This document shows positions 12,225 to 24,799 of a stretch of 64,000 bases of DNA, in pieces. The translations under genes and the position numbers were made by a program. The stretch's first letter is position 1; each line of letters opens with the position of its first letter. Below the pieces are notes generated by a model, which was given only the letters and a program-made list of their open reading frames with translations, was not told where the DNA came from and ran no database searches. The stretch comes from Dudresnaya verticillata (Eukaryota): the NCBI GenBank assembly GCA_977862235.1, contig OZ374557.1:1798001-1862000 (forward strand). The letters run 5' to 3'.

Positions 12225-15200
12225 CTATTTTCGAACGATCCACTGCTCCGGCTGAATGTTTAGCGAACCGGAAACAACAACTTCTCGCAACTGTGCTTGA
12301 CTCATCATCTTCGTCAAGCCATCAGCGATGTTGGAGCTACTGCGGACAAACCCGATGTCCGAGATCGTCTTATCGCGGAACCCTTCGCGTGCCGCAGCGA
12401 TGTCAAGAATCATCCTCTTCTCAGATGTTCTGGAGCCCTTGGATATGACGTCGAAGAGACTCTTGCTGTCGGTTAGAAGTTGGACCGGGACAGTCCTATT
12501 GAGAAGAACTACAAGCTCACCTGCGATGGCGATGGCGATGTCGAACATGTCGGAGAATGCTACAACTTCCCCGGACATTGCTGAGCGAGTCACCCGTCTT
12601 GACTTGTACGACTTGAAGCTGACCGGGACTGAAGATCCACTGTCGTCAGTGAGAAGTACAACGTGGCCAAGCTGGGAACTGAGATCCCTGTTGTTAGCGA
12701 ACGAGGCATCAGAGAATCCAACCACCTTAATGGTGTCTGCCTTCAACCTTGGGACGCGTAGGCGGACTCGATGGTCAACCGCGTACGTTGCAGCCTTGTT
12801 GAGACGTCGGATGTTGGCTTGCCTGTTTTTGAAGAAGTCTTCCTCTGTGACTTGTGCGAGCTGAGATACTTCGAAAAGGCAGTCAGGGCGTGAGTTAGAC
12901 AACCACGCCAGCTTCATGCGCATGGACCGGAATTCGCGAAAGGTTGCATCTGGATGCAGACATTCCAGCTTGCGGAGGTACGCGTTCTGGTCGATGTACA
13001 TCGTGCCATCCTTATCGCGATCGATGACAAATCCTGTGAACTCTGCTGGAAGCTTGGACTCGTCCGTCATCTCGAAGCGTGCGTTGGTTTTCTGCGAGAG
13101 TTTTCGAAACATTTCGCTTCCGCAGCGGATGAGGTCGTCAACATAGCACCCACTCAAGCCTTGTAGTACTCCTTCACTCAGCAGGTAGTACAGTGCGGGA
13201 TCAATGCGCATCGGCTTCATTCCCAACTCAAGGCGGTGGTGCTTGTCAAGCGTGATATGCCACAGATCTCCTGCATCGCATAGTCCATATAGCGGCTTCA
13301 AGAGTTGAAGACACTGGTCAGGCTCAAGTTCAAACTCTGCAGCGGGCTTGCCGACGAACACATCTCGTGCCAATGGTTCGGAAGCTTGAAGGTAGGCTTG
13401 CCTGATATCTGCTGTCCAGATGTCAAAGCCAAAGATGCCTGCCAACGCAAGAAGCAGTCTTACTGACTGAGGTTGCAAGGTTGTCGTGGAGTGCACCATC
13501 ATGTCCTTCATCTTGTCTCGATGGCCTCCAATGACGTATCGGGCCTTACACTTGATCTTGCCGTCCAGCGAGGACTTGATCGCGAGTAAAAATCTGCCGG
13601 GAAGAACATTCGCGTCTCTTGGGATGTCTTCCTTGAGTATCACCTTGAACGTACCGCGCTGCATGAGGTTGCGGAGTTCTACCTTCTTAGCTTCAGTCAT
13701 CTCGTAGTGCTTGGCTCGTTCATCGTTCGGATCAAGCACTTCCGTCATGAATATCCCATGGTCTTCCATCTTCGGGGACTTGAACGGGTTCAGACTTTTG
13801 TCGATGTCTGCCATGAAGGTTTGTGCAAGAAGTTCGGGGGTGAAGTATGGTTTCACCTGCGTGACGCTGAAGGGCCGAGCGGGACTTCCTTCGATGTCTC
13901 GGATGAACACAAGCTTCTTGGAGTAGGCAACTGATTCTACTTCGAAGGGTCCGAGCCATTCTCCAATGCGGTTGGCAATGATCTTCTCGCGAAATACGAG
14001 CACGCGATCACCAGGCTCATAGCTACGCTCGGAAGCAGGTGGGACAGCGTAGTGAAGTGCTCGTCTGACCTTGAGCTCAGCCATCCGCTTCTTCATCTCC
14101 TCACGAGCAGCTGTAGCAATAGAAGCGCGTTCAGCTACCGTGGGTCGAGGTCCGGGCTCTTCAGACAAGGTGGCAATTTGTGGAAATTCTCCGAAGACAA
14201 GAGCAGAAGGTACTAGGCCTTCGGGTCCAAGGGTGTCGTTCATTGCCTTCACAGATGAAGCTAGAAGAATCTCCTTGCCTGCATGCGGGTAAGCATGTCG
14301 GAGCTTGCGGTATGTCGTTCGCAGCGGCTCATGGTACCTCTCGCACAGTCCAAGACTGGAGTGGGCTTCAATGCCGTTGCGGTTGACTTCAACGTTGTTG
14401 ACTTGGGCTATGTGGATGAACTGTTTTCCAAACTGTGAGCCTTGGTCAGTGAGAATCCTGTTCGGAAGTCCACAGTAGACGAGAGCCCAGCATGACATCA
14501 AGGTTGTCCAGATCGTCTGCGTCGACACATCAGGGAGGAATCGTGCGGCGCTGAACTTCGTGGCTTCGTCAACGATGTGGATAACAGGCGCTGATTCAAG
14601 TGACATGATGTCAATGAGGATGAGTTCATTGAATCTTAAGTCTTCGGCACCAAACGATACACGGAAACGATGAGGAGCGTGTTGTATTCGTTGACACGGG
14701 TCACAACGTTTCGCGATGTCTTTGAGCGTTTCCAGTGTTTGAGGTGTAGCTTCCTCTGGACGTGCTCGCTTAATAAGGTTTTACAGCTTCTGTGCGCTTA
14801 CATGGAAGAACTGTCGGTGAAGTCTTCGCAACTGTGGACGCGTGAAGTAGCTGGCTGTCGAGAAGTGCATTTGAGCATACAAGTGGTTGCTTCCAGAGCG
14901 GGTCAACGGCACCTGCCATTCATTGAGGTGCACCAGCTTCCATTATTTGTCGGTGTGTCTCGTACGCTTGATGAGTTGGTTCGAGACAGTGCATGGAGTC
15001 AAGGAGTGTTTGTCCAGTACGTCCATGCCAAGAAGTGCGGGGATGTCGGCTTCGACAATGTCCATTTCAACGTCGATATTGCTTATGCCTGGTGGGGTCA
15101 ACAGCGGTATGGAAATGCGACCGAGTGACTCGTACGTGGCGTCGGCAAAGCGAAACCTGTTGCGCGAGGGCATGAGTCTTCGGGAATGTATGCCTGCAGC

Positions 15201-15458
15201 AGTAAGGATGCGTTGCATCTCTTTGCGTCCTACGACAGACTTTGGAGCCCCAATGTCCACACAGAAGCCAGCTGGTCTTGTATTCCGTATCTGCTTTCCA
15301 AGAGAACCAACGTGGATGTCTACCTTGAAGATGTCTGGTGGCTTGGTGCTTTGGGATGGGTGGGAGTGCCTCGGGACTGCTTTGCGATGATTCTTCGGCC
15401 ATCGCTTGTTCGCTCGGCGACAAGGCTGAGGCATTACATGCTCTTGTCGCCTATCCAA
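12225..15458 (-). pseudogene. Copia B pol (PR-IN-RT-RH) with two in-frame TAA stops
   Basis: PR VDIGAPKS; IN LHRQFFH...CDPC, TDQGSQF and ERYH; RT KARYV, DIRQAYLQ, LKPLYGL and YVDD; RH SDAS and IADGLTK. Stops at 14943-14945 and 14781-14783. Confidence 0.93.
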
Positions 15459-17578
15459 AAATCCTGCGGCATACCAGCCGAGATGTGGTTGGTTACAATC
15501 TCCCCTTCCAAGTTCTCGATAGGGTCTACGAAGTTGGTCTGGATTCCGGTGTTGGCTAGAGCTGCGTCGAAGCGATCTAGTTCAGACTCTCCGGGTTCTC
15601 CATAGTGGACGTCCGCATCTTCCTGATCCTGAGAGCTGGTGAGTTCCTCCTCCATGTCTCCGACAAGAGAAGCAACGATGTGCGTGGCATATTCACCACG
15701 AGCAATACGGCCCCGGATGTTGGACTGTATGGCTCCTTTCGCGCAACGATGCCCTGGCTTCCAATTGGCAGCACCACAGCGGAAGCACTCATTGCGATGT
15801 CTAGCATCAGCGAATGTGCGTGCAGCATTGTTTCGTTGCTGGCTCCGAAGTTGTGCACCAGGATCACCACCTTTGGAACTGTAGCGCGAGAGTTTGCGCG
15901 GGTTCCGACCGTACTGAAGCATATGAGTCTGGACACTGTTGCTATGCCGAAGGTTGTCTTCTTCGGTGAGTCCTGTGAAGGTAGACTGGCGCGCATCTCC
16001 ACTTGTGAGCAACTCCAGCTGACGAAGATTCTGGATGGACTCGTGAAGCGTGGTGACGAACGCGTTGAAGCTGTAACCTTGCGACGTGATGTTCTGTATC
16101 GGAATGCGGGACCATTCTTGGAACTCAATCACTGCTCGGCGGAGGTAGTCAACCTTATGAGCATCAGAGCGAAAGTCCTTGGGGCATTGCGGTACAAGCT
16201 CGTTGATTGTCTCAACTAGCTTCGTCAAGCCATGTGCGACATCAGAAATGTCGTTCTTGGTCATGAAGGTCCGGAGACGAAGAGTCTTAAGAGTTCCTTT
16301 GACTTGGAGCTGACGAGCGTCGGAAACATACTCCTTCATCATGACTTGTGTCTTCTCTTGATATGACATGTCCTCTCGTTTGTGTTCAAAGTAGAACTTA
16401 CGCGCAGCGCCATCGAATGCATGAACAAGAAGTTCTGCCTTGTGTGCCTGAGAGAGGTTGTACTGCTTTGAGCAGACTGCGTACAGCTTGAAGGTTTGAT
16501 GGATGTCTTGAGTCAGGTGTCCGGAGAACTTGTATCCCTTGAACATCTGCTGGACATAGTTAACCTTGCGAGGGTCATCGCGCTGGTCACGATCATCGTT
16601 GGCAGTGTAGCCTCGACGTTGACCTGGGAAGCGGGTGGGAGGGTTTTGACCTCGGTCGTTGTGACCTGCTCCATCTTCGAAGTTGTTCAGCGGGGGTCCC
16701 CTGTTCGGGCGATGGGAACCTCTTCCAAAACCTTGAAACGGCGGACCATGAGGCTGATCGCCACTACCGGGCTCGGGAGGTGACGGGCCGTACTTCTTTG
16801 GACCTTCATAGGATCCATACTGATGCTGTACCATGTTCGGATAACCGTGATACTGGTTGTTTCCCGGGGTATGGCGGGGATGATCAGCGGCGTTGGTGGT
16901 AACACCATGCATTGTAACGTGGTTGTTGTCCACTCGGATATCTTGTCGCATCGGAGCTTCTTGGTCTTGACGGGAGATGGTATCTTCTCTCTCCTCAGCA
17001 ACTGAGCTTTTCACAGTATTAATCTGGAAAGGAAGGTGCATGAGTGGGTTCGGAGATCCACGACAAGCCTTGAACTGGCGTACAGCATCGATGGAGAACT
17101 CAGCCGTGCATCCAGTGAAGAAGCATAACCAAACGAGACTGACAAGCCCTTTGTTCTTCTGCTCAGTGTCTGAGAGGCTGACTTTGTCCCAATACTGTTG
17201 GGGGACATCATCAAAGTCGTACAGTCGGGCCACCTCAAACAGACTGTTGACTGGGAAAGTAGGCACCTCGAAGAAGTCTTCTGTGAAGATCTTCTTGGGA
17301 AGCGGTAGAAGCTCCATCGCAAATCTTGCGGCCTTCTCGGTAGGAGGCTTGGCTTCCACGTCTTCGTAATCTCCTGTACTGCTCCCTGGGATATCTGAAA
17401 GCGGGTAGGAAGAGAGAACAGAAATGGCAACGTTGATCAGCTTCTGCGAAAGCTCATCAGTAAGGTTGGAATTCCTGAGGCAGCGGAGTAGGTTGGCAGC
17501 CTTCGTCTTGAACTCCTTCCTTGAGGTCTTCTTGTCTGCGGCCGAAGTCTTGGTATGACTGCGTGTGCTCGCAGTCAT
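15434..17578 (-). CDS. Copia B Gag
   Basis: 714-aa ORF directly after the 5' LTR, with a knuckle-like CFRCGAANWKPGHRC. It overlaps pol in the -1 frame. Confidence 0.88.
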   Translation of the reverse strand: MTASTRSHTKTSAADKKTSRKEFKTKAANLLRCLRNSNLTDELSQKLINVAISVLSSYPLSDIPGSSTGDYEDVEAKPPTEKAARFAMELLPLPKKIFTEDFFEVPTFPVNSLFEVARLYDFDDVPQQYWDKVSLSDTEQKNKGLVSLVWLCFFTGCTAEFSIDAVRQFKACRGSPNPLMHLPFQINTVKSSVAEEREDTISRQDQEAPMRQDIRVDNNHVTMHGVTTNAADHPRHTPGNNQYHGYPNMVQHQYGSYEGPKKYGPSPPEPGSGDQPHGPPFQGFGRGSHRPNRGPPLNNFEDGAGHNDRGQNPPTRFPGQRRGYTANDDRDQRDDPRKVNYVQQMFKGYKFSGHLTQDIHQTFKLYAVCSKQYNLSQAHKAELLVHAFDGAARKFYFEHKREDMSYQEKTQVMMKEYVSDARQLQVKGTLKTLRLRTFMTKNDISDVAHGLTKLVETINELVPQCPKDFRSDAHKVDYLRRAVIEFQEWSRIPIQNITSQGYSFNAFVTTLHESIQNLRQLELLTSGDARQSTFTGLTEEDNLRHSNSVQTHMLQYGRNPRKLSRYSSKGGDPGAQLRSQQRNNAARTFADARHRNECFRCGAANWKPGHRCAKGAIQSNIRGRIARGEYATHIVASLVGDMEEELTSSQDQEDADVHYGEPGESELDRFDAALANTGIQTNFVDPIENLEGEIVTNHISAGMPQDFWIGDKSM

Positions 17579-18944
17579 TTTTTTTCAGACGGTGTGGGTT
17601 ACGATCGTAACAAAGTCTTGAGCGACGAAGTCGGCGCGTGGAACCGGGTAGGAATCCGGATTGTCGCCCGTAGCCGGTCGACACGCGCGCGCGGCGTGAG
17701 AGTGGTGTACAATCACCGCTCTGCGGGCACGGCGCGCAGGGTCGCGGAACGCGGGGAAAGGGGCGCGAGCGGGGCGAAGCGGGGCGCGAGGGGAGCGAGG
17801 CGGGGCGCGAGGGGAGCGAGCGGGTCAGAGAGGCGGGCGAGGTTTATCGAAGCAAGGGAAGAGGGCTACGGCAGACCACCGCGGCTGACGCAACGGACGT
17901 TCTCGTCAACGCTGCTTACTCTTCTACTTCGATCGTGCTCTCGAGGAGCGGGGGTGGTCTGCAGTGGTCAGCGGGGCTTGAAGTAGCCCAGCCAGTTGCA
18001 GTCGGGCGCGCGCGTCGCGCGCGGACGGCGCGTTGGTCGCCGACGGCGGGAGCACTGTAAGGTATCTTACAGTGCAACTCTGCGACACAGATGGGTGCAA
18101 ATCGACAGTATGGATGGACGCTGTCAGCGGGAAGGCTTACAAGAGCGCGCTTCTTTTCCCGGGACAGACTGTCCCTTAATCAGGACAGCTGTCCTTTCAT
18201 CGCTGTACACGTGGAATACACGTGTGTACACGTGGGATTGTAATGACGCCAGTTGAACACCTTGTATTGCCTGATTTACGACGCGCCGCTGCGCTCCTAC
18301 TCACGAACGAGGAGCGCCTCTGCGCTCAGGGTATCGACAATGCAGCCGAGACCCTGGCCTGGACACCGGCGCATCCGCCACCAAGTCCCCTAACTGGAAC
18401 GCATTCCACCTTTTAAACTCGTACTGACTGTACTAACCTACGTAACTAATCACAGACTAACGTAGACCCTCTTTCGGACTGATAGAGTTTTCGGCTGTCA
18501 AGCATTACTTATGGGCGCCGGAATAGCCGGCGCCCTCAGAATAAACACTCAGCGGAGTTGTTCGGAAAGTATTCACCTTTTCGTCGTTCGGACGCTCCGC
18601 GCCTGCAGGGGTCGCCCAGTACAGGCCCGGACATCTTACGACAAGTACACTACGAAATACCGGGTCGCAACCTCTACATCTTCCCTCAGTCGGTCGCGCC
18701 GAGTCTTTACCGTGCTTCCGCAACCCCCTTTCGGGTCATCAGGACCCGCCTGCTTTCAAACCTCTACCAAACCTCCTTCAACCTCCCACCCATTAGCGCG
18801 TGATATTGCACAGCTGTCTTTTCGTGTTCTTTGCTGTTCCTGGCCGGTACCATACTGCTAAACCAGCCTCCTTTCCCTTGTTTTAGCGAGCGACGCGCGC
18901 GTAACCGCGGCTACACTACCTAACCGCGTCTGCTCTCTCCGATA

Positions 18945-18957
18945 GTTATGGGCCCAG
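18945..18957 (+). promoter_or_regulatory. Half-tRNA(iMet)-type primer-binding site of copia A
   Basis: GTTATGGGCCCAG immediately after the LTR is complementary to the anticodon arm of initiator tRNA-Met (CUGGGCCCAUAAC), as in Drosophila copia and yeast Ty5. Confidence 0.85.
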
Positions 18958-20964
18958 CGGGAAACTTACGCAGGCTCAAGGGCAGAGACTCGATGAAGTC
19001 TCCAAGGTTTCCCTTCGATGTTTAATACGATGAGTGGCGCAAGGAAGTCGCTGACTGGGTCACTACGATGAAGATCATCCACGACGAGGGTGATGACAGG
19101 AAGCTCAAGACTCAGTACAAGCTCCTAGCTCACACTCTCTAAATGGAGTCCCTAACGCCATCGCAGAGGATTGTTGTCGACGGAGGTAAGCAGCGCAAGG
19201 AGATTTACTTTCCAAATCGAAGTGATCCTGTAAACATTGTCCCAGATGTCCTCAATCTTATCGCTAAGGACATTCCATTGTTCAAGGTCACTCGACTTAG
19301 CAAGTCCTTTCAAAATGTTACGGATTGTCGCCTTAAGAAGAACGAGACTCTGGTGTGGTGAAGTGAAAGGCACACCTATAAGGAGAGCTGATCAGGCAAT
19401 CCCAATAAGGAGTGATCCCACACGGCACCGGGGTGGTAGAGCTTAGTTCGTAGACCGAAGGGAGTACCTCGAGCACCAACACCTGTAAGGATTAAAGGGA
19501 CGCAACAGACAAGGGGGACGGTACAGTGCCAGGACAGCTACACCGCGACGGAGGTAAGAGGAATCCGTGCACGGGGCTGGCGAGGAGAAACCGTAAAGGA
19601 GTATGAGGGTAAGGCTTAGGGTAAGTCACTTTGTCCAGGGTTGCGTACCCGTTTACTGTAGGACTCGCGGTGGCCACCCATTAATATACTGGGAGATACG
19701 CCCCGCGGTCCGGTCCGTGTGGGCCAGACCCCAATGGGTCTGGTCCACCAGGTGGGTCCGGCCCTACTGGTCCCGGTCACCGTTGCGGACATGCTCGGCA
19801 TTCTCATTGGCCGGCTCACACTACGTACTGTACAGCATGATTATAATTACCCAATTACAAATAAATCAACTACTTGGCTCTTATTGGTGGTGCGCGCAGA
19901 CTCCTGTAGGGCATACAGTGCTACTGTGTCACTGCATTCCGCTTCGGCTTTTGGCGCCAGCTCACAAGTGCGCCGTGCGCGAGTCGGCTCAACGGTCGTT
20001 CGCACTCCGAAACGGCCGCTTCACCACATCTGGCATCCTTCGTGGATCGCTGCCGTGGTCTTGCCGCCAAGCATTTGATGTACGCCAATGCGTCATCTGC
20101 ATCACATGTTGGGCAAGTCCTCTCGATCACCCTGCTGCACAATGCAAACCTGACCGAGTCAACACTCACGAACGCCAAGATGGAATTGGTCTCGTTATCC
20201 GAGCAGCGTTTTGAAGAGCAACGTAGACGCACTGGGGAGCACAAGACCATGCTCCTGGCATCCTTCAAGCCATTGTTCGAGAAGAGATCGGCAAGATCTC
20301 CGAAGCAAACGCCATTCCTGAACCGCCGTCAACACGTTCCGAACAGTCCGCTAGTCTCGAGACAGCTCTGTCGCAGCGTGAGCAACAGCTGCAGGACATC
20401 TCCGAGCATGTTGTCTCATGCAAAGAAGAGATCGAGAAGCTGTTGACGAATGCCGATCAGGAAGACGAACCATCAATCGTGGAACGTTTCAAGTCTCCTG
20501 GCATGGAAGCGATGATCGACCTGGAGGACACAGCGACCATCGTCCGCAACATGGATCAGGCGAGGCAGGCTGACAACACAGTAAGCACCGAATTGTACGA
20601 ACGTTTGAGGCGCCAAGTCCAGTCTCTCCACGCGCAGCACAGAAACATGCACAGGTCCATGTCAGCAAGCCAAAGTGGGACCGGAAGCAGCCCGGCACGT
20701 CTTCACACACTGATCGGAAAGGACTACAGCGGTCGTGGACGTGGTCGAGGTCGTGGACGAGGTGGTCGTACAGGTGTCGGATTCCGTGAGAGGTTTAAAG
20801 GCAAGTTCTATGCCTGTGGAAAGGCAGGTCATTACATAGGAGATCCGATCTGCGAGAAGATGAGTGATGTCTCGCAGGATGCTGGCGAGAGCGAAAAGGG
20901 GAACGACGACTCTCACGACAAAAGCGATACCCAGCATTTTCAGCGGGGCCCCAGACGCCACTGA
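18948..20964 (+). pseudogene. Copia A gag (stops, frameshifts, interrupted by solo LTR D1)
   Basis: Degenerate knuckle FYACGKAGHYIGDPIC after an RG-rich tract. Removing 19354-20033 restores the frame (KKNETLASFVDRCRG). Confidence 0.8.
19354..20028. mobile_element. Solo LTR D1
   Basis: TGTGGTGAAG...CTTCACCACA terminal inverted repeat. TSD TCTGG at 19349-19353 and 20029-20033. Homologous to 46357-46980. Confidence 0.93.
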
Positions 20965-23900
20965 GACAGTTCAGTCTCGTAGCTACCCCTGGGGCGAAGT
21001 CTGACATTCTCCCAACCGAGGAAGATCCAAACCCGACCATTGACAATGGGTGTCCTCGAAGTGTAGGCAGCATCGCATCTGCCAAGCGATTGTGCAACGC
21101 AATCGGAATCGAGTTCAAGCTCGAGCCTCTTGACTGTGAACCTTTCATCCACGGATACGGGAAGAATTGCAGTGATGCCGAAGTTGTTTGCGGCATCTGG
21201 AACCTTCCCATGGCAGACATATATGGCGTCCAAGTGGACATTCCATTCTATATGACGCCTGGAGACGGGTTCATATTACTCGGAAATGAAATCTTGCACA
21301 AGTCGAATGTTCTTGGACCCGAGAATCTCATCGAGATACCCAAAAATGTTCAAGCACTTTCAAAGAAGGGTGTGTACCTTCCGATATACTCGGATAGCAC
21401 TGGTCCTCCTAACTCAGACGCGGCCCGGACTTATTTGCTCGTTGTGCCAGCAAATACGTCGTCGTTCAAGTCGTACTTCTCATCTCAGATCGCTCTCTCA
21501 GCGGTTCAGCTCAGGACGAGCGAAGACGTGAAGAAACTGTTCACCAATGGCAAGGTTGCGAGGCGGTTCGCCGAAAAGCTGCATGCTTACTCACACCTAC
21601 CACCAGATGACATGATTACGTTGTGCAAGCGCGGGGGGTTCTCTCCAGTTCTCAAGCAGGCAGTCCACTCCGTGTACGATCACTGCACGTCATGTAAGAC
21701 CGTGGGCAGGCCCGGTAACAGTCGCAAGATATCGTTTGGAAAGATCCACTCGAAGTTCAACAGACATGTACAGCTGGACTATATCTTCTTGTCTGAGATG
21801 GACAACGACCCTATACTGCACATGGTTGATGTGCATACAGCCTTGTCAGAAACAGCTGATGTCATAACTAGAAGGATGAAGGTGGCTGCAGCAGCGTTTG
21901 AATCCATTTGGATCAACCACCATGGACCTCCAGAGAAGGTATCAGGTGACCCTGAGTTCTTCAACAAGCCTTTCCAAGAATCGCTTGGCTTCTTTGAAAT
22001 CATGTTTGAGCTGAGGCCAGTACGGAGACACGACAAGCTTGGTGTTGTTGAAAGAAAGAACGCCGTGATACGCACAATTGCACAAAAGATCTTAAAGGAT
22101 GCTGGGTATGCTAAGCACACTCGTGGTATCGAGATGCATAAGGATGTGATTCTTTCCCGAGCCACGTACCTTAGTAACATCATGTACGGGAGCAAAACAC
22201 TCAGCAGTTTCGAGATGGATAAGAGATACCATTCAAAGATTCTTCGCATTCCTCAGTCGCCTCTCGGTGACGAGCTCATCAAAGCACATGAAGAGCAAGT
22301 GGCACGCTGTGCGCTCCAAAAGATGCACAAAAGCCATATGCCAAAGCCACCATCGAGTGATGAGTTCAAGAAAGACGACCTTTTATACTACTGCAAGCGC
22401 ACAGCAACCGGAAAGGCCGGTTCCTGGAACAAAGATTACGTCAGAGGTGCAGAACCTCACTTCTTGCTCATCTCGTCACAAAAAGGACATGTTGGAAAGC
22501 CAATCAAGGCTGCATACGAAGACGTTCGGGCAGCGCCGAAGACTTCGTTGCTACTTGAGTTGGACGCAATGGGTGTGTTCTACCCACGTTCACATGGAAT
22601 CGTTGGCGATGAAGAGGTGAACGCCGAAAGAGAAGGCGAAGTTGAAGCGGAAGAAGTGCAACCCGGCAGTGCTGATAGGGAGCATATTGAAGAAGCGTTG
22701 CCTGTTCCCACTTCGCCAGAGGTGAGAACAGAAGCAGAGAAATACCTGCTAGATGATCACGAAGAGATTGACATGTCAAGAGTGAATGAGATCGTTGATG
22801 AGCTGAGATTAGCCACAGAAGAACCAGAAGCATGGTCAATACATCCAGCCACAATAGCATTCCTTACTGCAATTCATCCGAGAAAGTTGAATCTTCCAGT
22901 AGCAGATGTAGGTGAAACGGTACTGAATAGATGCAAGGCAATGTTCGGCAAGCGTGCCCACATTCCTTCGAAGGTAGCATCGATCAACAGCTCCTATGCA
23001 CCAGCACGACCGGAGAAAGATATTGGCAAGGTAGAAATGACTGCACCTCCAAACCTTCCCCACACGCTGAAGTCTCAAGCGCAGCAAGTCCTGAAGCAGA
23101 TGTACGACGTCATTGGTGACAAGATAGTCTCAGAATCGCAGCTTGAGTTTGCTCCTCGCTGGATAGTAGACAAGGCCATTGACAATGAGCGGAAGAATTA
23201 TGCTGATCAAGAAGCATACAGGGAAGTGCCCATCAAGTCCTTGCCTCGTGGTTCGAACATCATATCGTCACACCACTTCTTCCAGTTAAAGGCAGACGGA
23301 GAAGCAGACAAACTGAAGCTGAAGTGTCGTTTGGTTACTCATGGTAACTGAGATAAGAACAAGGAAGCGATGCGAAAGGACTCTTCCACAGCTCAGTTTC
23401 CCATCATCAGGTTGCTTCTATCCTTTTCAGCCATACTACAGCTCACTGTAGCTTCCTTGGACATCAAGAGCGCATATCTGCAGGCAGAAGGATTCTCACG
23501 TACTGTGTACATGTATCCACCAAAAGGTTGGGCATCAGTGCCCGGCATGGTTTGGCACATCTTGAAAGCAGTGTATGGACTTTCAGAGTCAGGACGCCTC
23601 TGGTAGCTCACAGTTGAGCAGTGGATGAATGGTGAAGGAATATTACCAGTGCCAGGTTTGCCACAACTCTTCCTTAAGCGAGGCAAGCATCAGAAGATTG
23701 TGCTCCTGATTGCGAAAGTGGTTGATGACTTTCTGTTGGCAGGAACACGGGAGGCCATAAACAAATTCAAAGAGCGCATTTCGAAGCGGTTCAAGGTGGG
23801 CCGTTTCACAATCGACAAGGACTTGGTGTTCAACGGGCTGCATATACATAGTATGGAGGATGGAACAATCAAGATCAACATGCAAGAGTACATGGACAAT

Positions 23901-24697
23901 ATCAGACCGCTTAAAATCCCACCGCCACGTTGCAAGCAACAGGACGCGTTGTGCACTCCGGCAGAGATACAGATGTACCGAGCACTGGCCGGCGCATTGA
24001 ACTTCCTTGGGCATGGGATCCTTCCGCAAGCTTCGTGCGTCGCCAGCCACCTTCAACAACAGCTCGGGAGACTTAAACTATCGCATTTGGTCACAGGCAA
24101 CAAATGCCTTGCTGACCTGAAGCGACTTAACCAGTCGATTACGTACCAATACCCAGAGAATGTTGCCAACCCCAGCTACTTGACTTTTTCTGACGCAATC
24201 CAAGGCGTAGGTTCGTATGGGCAGACAGGTTATGTTTCAGGGATATACCTGCCAGCGGGGGGAGCGCGCATCTACCACACCATCGATTGGTTGTCCGCTA
24301 AACAAGCAAGAGTATCGTTCTCGTCGATAGGCGCGTAGATACTAGCAGCGGCAATAAGCACTTACAGAGGTTCTCTGATGACAGATCTCATCAACAACAT
24401 CAACGCTTCCAGGGCGAAGATACCCTTTGTACTCTCCATCGACTCTCTTGGCTTGTACTCAACAATCACGACACTTCACGAAGTCACAGACTTCCGTCTG
24501 CGATGGACAGTCGCAAGAATGCGCGACTCCTTTGAAAAGGAGAGATAGCGACCTTGCAGTGGATACCAGGTCGTGCGAATCTTGCTGATGCGTTAACAAA
24601 AAGGAACCTGTCAACGTACGAGAAGCTGAACAAAGCCATGTCGATTGGACAACTCACGGCCGCGACTTTGAAGGAAGGTCAGCGTGTCAACCTTTAG
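20938..24697 (+). pseudogene. Copia A pol (PR-IN-RT-RH), several stops and a frameshift
   Basis: PR TIDNGCPRS; IN LHAYSH...CTSC, SGDPEF and VERKN; RT KCRLV, DIKSAYLQ, KAVYGL and VVDD; RH FSDA and NLADALTK. Stops near 23349, 23604 and 24336. Confidence 0.92.
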
Positions 24698-24799
24698 GGT
24701 ACTGATAACACGCGTCCGAAGGCGGCGTAGCGTGTCAACGTGTAAGGTGCCAAGTACAGTAGACCACGCTTTTACTCATGTACAGTATGCCAACGAGGC

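Larger units (their letters stand above)
11030..18107 (-). mobile_element. Full-length Ty1/copia LTR retrotransposon B
   Basis: Near-identical LTRs 11030-11496 and 17662-18107 (TG...CA). TSD GTATG at 11025-11029 and 18108-18112. PPT at 11497-11504 (+ strand ctcccccc). Confidence 0.96.
11018..18862. mobile_element. Solo LTR C (~760 bp: 11018-11029 + 18113-18862) inserted in the 5' LTR of A and split by element B
   Basis: Termini TGTGGCAGTATGG...CCATACTGCTAAA form an imperfect inverted repeat. Flanks CAAGC/CCAGC are a 5-bp TSD with one mismatch. The 3' LTR of A has the empty site ttgCCAGCctcc. Confidence 0.8.
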
